Under the pieces are notes generated by a model that saw nothing but the letters and a program-made list of their open reading frames with translations, was not told the DNA's origin and searched no databases. From the IMG/VR virus record IMGVR_UViG_3300031215_000004: a stretch of DNA of 32,602 bases. One strand, 5' to 3'. How positions within the stretch are numbered: position 1 is the first letter of the stretch; every line of letters begins with the position of its first letter. Positions 1 to 4,696 of the stretch are shown here, piece by piece. Position numbers and translations under genes: made by a program. Source of the stretch: a virus.

Positions 1-113
1 TCGGCGCACGCACAGATAATTATGGTGTTGAGACTAAGGTCGTACAAACCAACCGCAAGGCACAACCAGCAAAGCAAGGCACACAGCTGCGCTTTACAAT
101 TAGAGAGGTATAA
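1..113 (+). CDS. 3' end (about the last 36 codons plus stop) of the YqaJ/lambda-Exo-like exonuclease. This is a duplicate copy of 32476-32588 created by the end overlap.
   Basis: Identical sequence to the end of ORF 31623..32588 (...NRKAQPAKQGTQLRFTIREV*). TAA at 111-113. Confidence 0.8.
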   Translation, partial: GARTDNYGVETKVVQTNRKAQPAKQGTQLRFTIREV

Positions 114-127
114 TCATGCTTACAAAC
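1..127. repeat. Terminal direct repeat / end overlap: bases 1-127 are identical to 32476-32602, so the contig closes into a circle of about 32,475 bp
   Basis: Both ends read tcggcgcacgcacagataattatggtgttgag...agagaggtataatcatgcttacaaac. The repeat covers the 3' end of the exonuclease CDS and the first 12 nt of the next small ORF. Confidence 0.9.
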
Positions 128-199
128 CCAAAAATTAAAGCAGTCACGTATTGGATTGCAATCATTTTACTTGTACTTGCAATACGTATGGCAATATAG
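116..199 (+). CDS. Small hydrophobic peptide, 27 aa (MLTNPKIKAVTYWIAIILLVLAIRMAI)
   Basis: ATG lies 2 nt after the exonuclease stop, with agagagg just upstream. One TM-like segment. Below the ORF-track size cutoff and translated by hand. Confidence 0.35.
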   Translation: MLTNPKIKAVTYWIAIILLVLAIRMAI

Positions 200-246
200 T
201 ACAAAGGTAATACAGAGGCACTGTACAACATTAAAAGGAGACTATC

Positions 247-1146
247 ATGGCACTACCCGTAAACGTGAAAAGACACGACAACAATCTTGAGAAATGCTTA
301 CCAAAATTTGCATTGGTATTAGAGGGCACAGGTTTAAGCCCTGCACGGCTCAAGCAGACTATCATAAGCGCCCTTATGGCGAATCCCTATCTTGCAAATT
401 CAGAGCCTACCAGCATCATGCAAGCTGCAATGTCAGCTGCTGTGCTTGGGCTTGAGTGTGACGGCGCAACAGGTCAGGGGTACATTGTACCCTATGGCGA
501 TAAAGCGCAATTCATCACTGGTTATAAGGGTTACATCACCCTTGCAAAAAATAACGGCTATATTGTCAGCGGTTGTGCTGTGCGTGAGAAAGATGATTTT
601 TCTTATCAGCAGGGCCTCAAGCCTGACCTGCACCACGTACCAGCGCAAGGCAGCGCGTCAGATAGGGGTGATATAATTTATACATACGCCACTGCTCTGC
701 ACTCCTCACTGCCGCCAATCTTTACGGTGGTGCACATTGAGCAGGTCAATGAGATTCGTGACGGCTCACAGGGTTATAAAGCCTTTATGTCAGGTAAGAT
801 TAAAAGCACACCTTGGGCCACCAATTATGAGAAAATGGCAATTAAGACTGCCATACGCTCATTGGCTGCACAATTACCCCTTAATGTTCAAAAGGCTCAC
901 GCATTAGAATCCGCGCATGAGGCTGGGCAACGCGCTCACATTACAGAGCAGGGTGATATTATTATTGAGAAACAAGATAATGAGGGTGAGGCCACAAAAG
1001 AGCAGCCTGACCTGACAGAAGAGCTGGGCCTTGACGGTGATATATGTGGCAAGTGCGCCGGGCGCGGTATAATTGAGACAGCTGACACTGACCCTAAAAC
1101 GGGTGAGATTGTTGATGGTAAAGGGCCATGCCCTGATTGCAGATAA
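247..1146 (+). CDS. recT: RecT-family single-strand annealing protein with a C-terminal CxxCxGxG...CxxC zinc-finger tail
   Basis: AAGGAG RBS upstream. RecT-like core (PYLANSEPTSIMQAAMSAAVLGLECDG...GQGYIVPYG...FITGYKGYITLA). Follows a YqaJ exonuclease as in RecET/Red-type pairs. Tail is CGKCAGRGIIE...GPCPDCR. Confidence 0.9.
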   Translation: MALPVNVKRHDNNLEKCLPKFALVLEGTGLSPARLKQTIISALMANPYLANSEPTSIMQAAMSAAVLGLECDGATGQGYIVPYGDKAQFITGYKGYITLAKNNGYIVSGCAVREKDDFSYQQGLKPDLHHVPAQGSASDRGDIIYTYATALHSSLPPIFTVVHIEQVNEIRDGSQGYKAFMSGKIKSTPWATNYEKMAIKTAIRSLAAQLPLNVQKAHALESAHEAGQRAHITEQGDIIIEKQDNEGEATKEQPDLTEELGLDGDICGKCAGRGIIETADTDPKTGEIVDGKGPCPDCR

Positions 1147-1177
1147 TTTTTAACCAACCCATGAAAGGGGTAAGACT

Positions 1178-1564
1178 ATGAATATTGACGAACTAACACT
1201 AGGACAAATTAAATCACTACAAAATATATTAGGTGGCAACACTTCAAAACCATCTGTTATATTTGATGATTATGTAGGTAAGTATGTTATTTGCAGAACA
1301 CGTAACGAAGGTATTAATGCAGGTAGAGTTGTTAAACTTGATGAAACAGGGGTAGTTTTAGAAGACGCTCGTAGACTTTATTATCACAAGCCACTAAATA
1401 AAAATGTAAGTTGGTATGAGGGTGTGGCTAAATATGGAATATCCAAAGACTCTAGAGTCGGGACACCAATAGAAAAGATTTTGGTTGAGGATTATTCTTT
1501 GACTGTGTGTACCAAAGAAGCTGAAAAATCAATAATTGGAGCAAAAGATAATGAGCAAAGTTAG
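1178..1564 (+). CDS. Hypothetical protein, 128 aa, encoded by a markedly AT-rich gene. Possible SH3/KOW-like small phage protein.
   Basis: aaagggg RBS upstream. Hand count gives about 29% GC in the first 120 nt, versus about 43% for the first 120 nt of recT. The motif GKYVICRTRNEGINAGRVV...ARRLYYHKP...SWYEGVAKYGIS resembles a widespread phage small-protein family whose identifier I cannot name with confidence. Confidence 0.7.
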   Translation: MNIDELTLGQIKSLQNILGGNTSKPSVIFDDYVGKYVICRTRNEGINAGRVVKLDETGVVLEDARRLYYHKPLNKNVSWYEGVAKYGISKDSRVGTPIEKILVEDYSLTVCTKEAEKSIIGAKDNEQS

Positions 1565-1787
1565 GGCTTTAAAATTTAACAGAGGCTATGGCGATGGCTA
1601 TGGCGATGGCGATGGCTATGGCTATGGCTATGGCGATGGCTCTGGCGATGGCGATGGCGATGGCTCTGGCTATGGCTATGGCTATGGCTCTGGCGATGGC
1701 TCTGGCTATGGCTATGGCTATGGCTCTGGCGATGGCTATGGCTCTGGCGATGGCTATGGCTCTGGCTATGGCGATGGCGATGGCTAA
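1551..1787 (+). CDS. Low-complexity repeat protein, 78 aa: basic leader MSKVRALKFNR followed by (Gly-[Tyr/Asp/Ser])x33-Gly
   Basis: ATG at 1551 has GGAG 9 nt upstream and overlaps the stop of the 1178..1564 gene by 14 nt (translational coupling). The ORF track starts it at an upstream TTG (1536). This frame is the only one with a credible start. Confidence 0.6.
   Translation: MSKVRALKFNRGYGDGYGDGDGYGYGYGDGSGDGDGDGSGYGYGYGSGDGSGYGYGYGSGDGYGSGDGYGSGYGDGDG
1584..1784 (+). repeat. Tandem hexanucleotide array (GGC-NNT)x33 plus GGC, built from only three unit types: GGCTAT, GGCGAT and GGCTCT
   Basis: Read directly. Every Gly is GGC, every Tyr TAT, every Asp GAT and every Ser TCT. Unit order is Y D Y D D Y Y Y D S D D D S Y Y Y S D S Y Y Y S D Y S D Y S Y D D. 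Confidence 0.9.
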
Positions 1788-1880
1788 ACTTTAACCTATG
1801 GGGGCGCATTTTTAGCGAAGTCTTTTAGACAACTACTTTCAAAAAAGATTGCGCCTCCACCAATTAACAAGGAGAATTAT

Positions 1881-2201
1881 ATGACAGAGAAAAAAGAATC
1901 CGCACCGGGCGCTGGGCACAATTCAGAGCCAATGGGTGTGAGTGCCATGGATGACAGCGGTGCTGTTGGTGGTGTTGCTGGTAAAAGGATTTTATCTTTT
2001 ATTGAGCGTATTGAGCGCTTGAGTGAAGAGAAAGCGGCCCTTGCAGAAGACATTAAAGAAGTTTATGCAGAGGCCAAAGGTACTGGTTTTGACGCGCCCA
2101 CGCTGCGCAAGATTGTGGCAGAGCGTAAGAAAGAGCCTGAAAAACGTAATGAGCAGCTTGAATTGTTTGAGCTGTATAAATCAGCAATAGGGATGCACTA
2201 A
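1881..2201 (+). CDS. gapR: GapR-like (DUF2312) nucleoid-associated DNA-binding protein
   Basis: AAGGAG RBS. ILSFIERIERLSEEKAALAEDIKEVYAEAKGTGFDAPTLRKIVAERKK...LYKSAIGM closely matches the GapR signature (IKEVYAEAKGxGFD...LYxSAIG). Confidence 0.88.
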   Translation: MTEKKESAPGAGHNSEPMGVSAMDDSGAVGGVAGKRILSFIERIERLSEEKAALAEDIKEVYAEAKGTGFDAPTLRKIVAERKKEPEKRNEQLELFELYKSAIGMH

Positions 2202-2203
2202 TC

Positions 2204-2371
2204 ATGGGGATAGACAACGGAAAATTTCATTGTGTTGTTGTAACAACAGTGACCACTGAAAAATTTAATTCTATTTACAATGCGGAAGTGCGTTTAAATA
2301 ATATTAAAGAAAACAACAAAGAAGGCGTTACAGCAGAGCTAGTGCCAATGAAAACAAGAAAGGTATTCTAA
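2204..2371 (+). CDS. Hypothetical protein, 55 aa (MGIDNGKFHCVVVTTVTTEKFNSIYNAEVRLNNIKENNKEGVTAELVPMKTRKVF)
   Basis: Hand-translated. Fills the gap between the gapR-like stop (2201) and the next start (2374). Below the ORF-track cutoff. Confidence 0.5.
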   Translation: MGIDNGKFHCVVVTTVTTEKFNSIYNAEVRLNNIKENNKEGVTAELVPMKTRKVF

Positions 2372-2373
2372 TT

Positions 2374-2736
2374 ATGACCGATGAAACTAACGAACAGAGG
2401 TTCGCAAATAAGATTTTAAAAATGACCAAAAACCACACGTCAAACAGTACGTTTCCTGTGCCCGTGGGTAAGTTGCAAATGCTTTGCTGTGCTGTGTTAG
2501 AGCTTAACCAGCCCAAGCCATTGCCACCACTCACTGACGTTGAGCAATCTGTGCTGTCTGCAATCAAGGCTGATATTGCGCAGGGCATTAAGCCAACCAT
2601 ACGCAGCGTGGCTGAAAGATTGCAGTATAAGCAACACAGCAGCGCACAAGGGGCAATTAAAAACCTTATCGGTCATGGTTACTTAAAACGTGAGGGCAGT
2701 CGCAAGCAATTAGTTGTGGTCAGCCTACGCAATTAA
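2374..2736 (+). CDS. Winged-helix protein with a LexA N-terminal-type DNA-binding domain and no peptidase/cleavage domain
   Basis: The C-terminal about 65 aa (LTDVEQSVLSAIKADIAQGIKPTIRSVAERLQYKQHSSAQGAIKNLIGHGYLKREG) align by eye with the LexA N-terminus (LTxRQxEVxxxIxxxxxxxGxPPTxxEIAxxLGxxSxxAAxxHLxALxxKGxI). Last gene of the + arm. Confidence 0.6.
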   Translation: MTDETNEQRFANKILKMTKNHTSNSTFPVPVGKLQMLCCAVLELNQPKPLPPLTDVEQSVLSAIKADIAQGIKPTIRSVAERLQYKQHSSAQGAIKNLIGHGYLKREGSRKQLVVVSLRN

Positions 2737-2843
2737 ATGTACTCTTAAACAGTCCCTCCTTTTGTGGACAGTGCCAGAGGGTGTGGCGTAAAACTAGCAA
2801 GGCCTAGCCACATGAAGCTTTGCCGCCCTCGTTACTGAATAAG

Positions 2844-2872
2844 AAAAAGCCCCCAATTAAGAGGGCTTTTTT
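2844..2872. terminator. Bidirectional intrinsic terminator between the convergent arms
   Basis: aaaaaGCCCCcaattaagaGGGCtttttt: a short GC stem flanked by an A-run and a T-run, so it reads as a terminator on both strands. Sits between the stop at 2736 (+) and the stop at 2896 (-). Confidence 0.6.
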
Positions 2873-2895
2873 ATTGATACACAGTATTACTCTAA

Positions 2896-3090
2896 TTATT
2901 TTTTAGCTTTATCACGCTCTTTACGTTTAGCGTTTACAATCTTTTGTTGCTTGTCAGCAGCAGCTTTTGCCTCTTTGGCAGTTTTCTTTGCAGCCGTATC
3001 TGTTCTTTTTTTGGCAGCTGCTGCGTTAGCCTGCAAGCCCCCGTTAATAGGGCTTATGCCGCCCACTGGTTTCACTTTCTTTTTAGCCAT
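2896..3090 (-). CDS. Small Lys/Ala-rich basic protein (histone H1-like composition), 64 aa
   Basis: AAGGAG lies 7 nt upstream of the ATG. By my count 20 K/R and 15 A out of 64 residues, with AKK/KAA-type repeats. Last gene of the - arm. Confidence 0.7.
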   Translation of the reverse strand: MAKKKVKPVGGISPINGGLQANAAAAKKRTDTAAKKTAKEAKAAADKQQKIVNAKRKERDKAKK

Positions 3091-3249
3091 GTCATTCTCC
3101 TTGGTTGTCTATTTGTTTCAGTGCGTCTAAATTTGCAACGCAACCCTGATAGGCAGAGTGCCCGCGTGTAATGTATTTTGCCACACCACTCTGCTTTTGT
3201 ACAGCTGTGGGTGTGGGCCAGTCTGGTGCTTTCTTGTACAGGCTTGCCC

Positions 3250-3783
3250 TTATTCATTAAGATTAGACCAGTCAGTTTCGTACCGTTGCTTGCGGCGCTC
3301 ACCCCAATCAATCTTATCATGGCTGCTCTGTACACTTTCTGTGCCTGCTGGCAGGGCCACACTTGGGGCGTGTTTAACGCTCTGTATTTCTTTCGCAATA
3401 TCAATAGCGCCCTGCTGCACTTTGTACTTACCAAAATCTTTAGGTAGCTTTGCAGCAAACCAAAACGTGACAACAGCACCAAGAATATACCAGCCCTCTT
3501 TTGGCATAGCGCCCAGAGCGCGCGCAGAAATTGCAAAGTTTACGGGGTCTGATATTGCAAAGTAAAAAATCCATATAGTGCCAAAGGTCATAATAGGGCG
3601 CGGTAATCTATTTAACCCATCAATAAGGGAATCCCACCACGTTTTACCATGCCCAAATTCAGCAGCAAATTGCTGGTAAACAGCAGAGCGTGCATCCGCT
3701 TGGTACGAATCCCGCTTTAATTTAGAGCCAAATATTGTTTTTATAAGGTCGCCCACCAATGGTATGCCAGCTAAAATACTCAT
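3250..3783 (-). CDS. Holin, GTA-type 3-TM holin family ('holin of 3TMs, for gene-transfer release')
   Basis: N-terminal MSILAGIPLVGDLIK..., the signature WWDSLIDGLNRLPRPIMTFG, and hydrophobic segments. ATGA overlap with the endolysin gene. Confidence 0.8.
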   Translation of the reverse strand: MSILAGIPLVGDLIKTIFGSKLKRDSYQADARSAVYQQFAAEFGHGKTWWDSLIDGLNRLPRPIMTFGTIWIFYFAISDPVNFAISARALGAMPKEGWYILGAVVTFWFAAKLPKDFGKYKVQQGAIDIAKEIQSVKHAPSVALPAGTESVQSSHDKIDWGERRKQRYETDWSNLNE

Positions 3784-4175
3784 GATTTAAAACTCCGTGG
3801 CAGTTGAAAATGTGGGTAATCTTTCCAATTCCAGTGACCGCCCCACTCAATAACAACCCCCTCCTCCATTGCCGCCCTAAACATTAGAGTGCCGTAAAGT
3901 TTAAAAGCTTCAATGTTATTCCAGTCCACAGGGTATGGTGCAAGGTCTATAGCATGGCCAAAACCACTTTGCTGTGGCCTGTGTAAGCTGTTTAATGTTT
4001 TAGATGCGCCACGTGCCACCAGCTTCTTCTGGTCTTCCAGCGTCCTTAAACCGCCAAATGGCACAACGGTTAAATCCATTACACCATACGACAGCGCACG
4101 TTCAGCAATCGCAATCAGTTTTGGATGTACACCGCGAATTCTTTTCTTTGATGTATTTCCAAATTTGTATCCCAT
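3780..4175 (-). CDS. Endolysin, peptidase M15 (VanY / L-alanyl-D-glutamate peptidase-like, zinc-dependent)
   Basis: GVHPKL...FGGLRTLEDQKKLVARGASKTLNSLHRPQQSGFGHAIDLAPYP...WGGHW...DYPHFQL matches the M15 H-D-H zinc-ligand pattern of T5-type endolysins. Confidence 0.9.
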   Translation of the reverse strand: MGYKFGNTSKKRIRGVHPKLIAIAERALSYGVMDLTVVPFGGLRTLEDQKKLVARGASKTLNSLHRPQQSGFGHAIDLAPYPVDWNNIEAFKLYGTLMFRAAMEEGVVIEWGGHWNWKDYPHFQLPRSFKS

Positions 4176-4687
4176 TATTTCGTCATTTGACCTTTAATTG
4201 TTGCCATATCTTTTGCAAGGCTATCAACTTGGCTTTCTATTTTACCCATCATTTCACGTGTTTCAGATTTTTGTGTTAAGGCCTTTGTTTGAAATTCTGA
4301 TTTTAAGTCACGTATCATTTCACGAATATCTGCCCCATCCGCGTTGGTAAATCTGTCTTTTGTACCCTCACGAATATCTTTTTCATTCATTTCAGAGGCG
4401 CTTGAATTACGCTCAACATCTTTGGCAAGCGTGCTGACCGTGCCAACTAAGACTGTCAGTGCGTCTGTCTGTTCTTTTTGGTCGCTTTGCATAGTCTGAA
4501 TTAACGTAGTGTTTGAAGCTGTCCTGTTGTCCTGCGTTTCTTGCTGGTCAAAATATACGTAACCAATAATAGCCAATAGCGCGACAGCTATGACCCACGG
4601 ATTGTTAATGTTTGCAGACACAGTTTGATTTGACATGCCGTTTTTCAATTCGCTGATCTCTTTCTTTAATTCTAAAATTTCAGTCAT
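4175..4687 (-). CDS. Membrane-anchored coiled-coil protein (i-spanin-like topology), 170 aa
   Basis: Single TM segment (WVIAVALLAIIGYVYF) followed by a long helical, charged region. TAATG overlap with the endolysin start. Lower GC than the structural genes. Confidence 0.7.
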   Translation of the reverse strand: MTEILELKKEISELKNGMSNQTVSANINNPWVIAVALLAIIGYVYFDQQETQDNRTASNTTLIQTMQSDQKEQTDALTVLVGTVSTLAKDVERNSSASEMNEKDIREGTKDRFTNADGADIREMIRDLKSEFQTKALTQKSETREMMGKIESQVDSLAKDMATIKGQMTK

Positions 4688-4696
4688 TTTATGTGC

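Noticed and set aside
1-127. The 127-bp terminal repeat as genuine T7-like direct terminal repeats
   Set aside because: The repeat begins in the middle of the exonuclease CDS and ends 12 nt into the next ORF. Real short DTRs are normally non-coding, and an exact fixed-length overlap is what circular assemblies produce. Kept as an open check only.
1584-1784. Could the tandem array be a CRISPR array or minisatellite non-coding DNA?
   Set aside because: Units are 6 nt with no spacers, nothing like a CRISPR repeat-spacer architecture. It lies in frame inside an ORF with a credible start, so a coding repeat is the simpler reading.
1576-1809. Track ORFs in the other frames of the hexamer array: 1588..1794 (+) (MA)n/(LA)n and 1576..1809 (-) His/Ser/Arg/Gln repeat
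   Set aside because: They are by-products of the 6-nt periodicity, which leaves the tract stop-free in 5 of 6 frames. The (MA)n frame starts at an ATG inside the repeat with no usable RBS spacing. The reverse frame runs against an all-plus-strand operon. Only the GY/GD/GS frame has a GGAG-N9-ATG and coupling to the upstream gene.
2737-2895. tRNA or other known RNA gene in the larger intergenic regions (2737-2895, 3091-3249, 17041-17126, 18339-18524)
   Set aside because: I could not draw a cloverleaf (acceptor stem plus T-loop GTTCRA-like motif) in any of them. The hairpins present are better explained as terminators or leaders.
3072-3536. Full-length 154-aa track ORF overlapping the holin gene in another frame, plus + strand ORFs 3158..3565 and 3178..3447
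   Set aside because: Arg/Leu/Cys-rich off-frame composition, no RBS, and nearly complete overlap with a well-supported holin gene. Only the last 61 codons (from the ATG at 3257), which fill an otherwise empty gap, were retained as a low-confidence candidate.
4175-4687. Embedded o-spanin (Rz1-like lipoprotein) within the i-spanin-like gene
   Set aside because: Hand translation of both alternative frames gave only ORFs of 23 aa or less, none with a Cys or lipobox.
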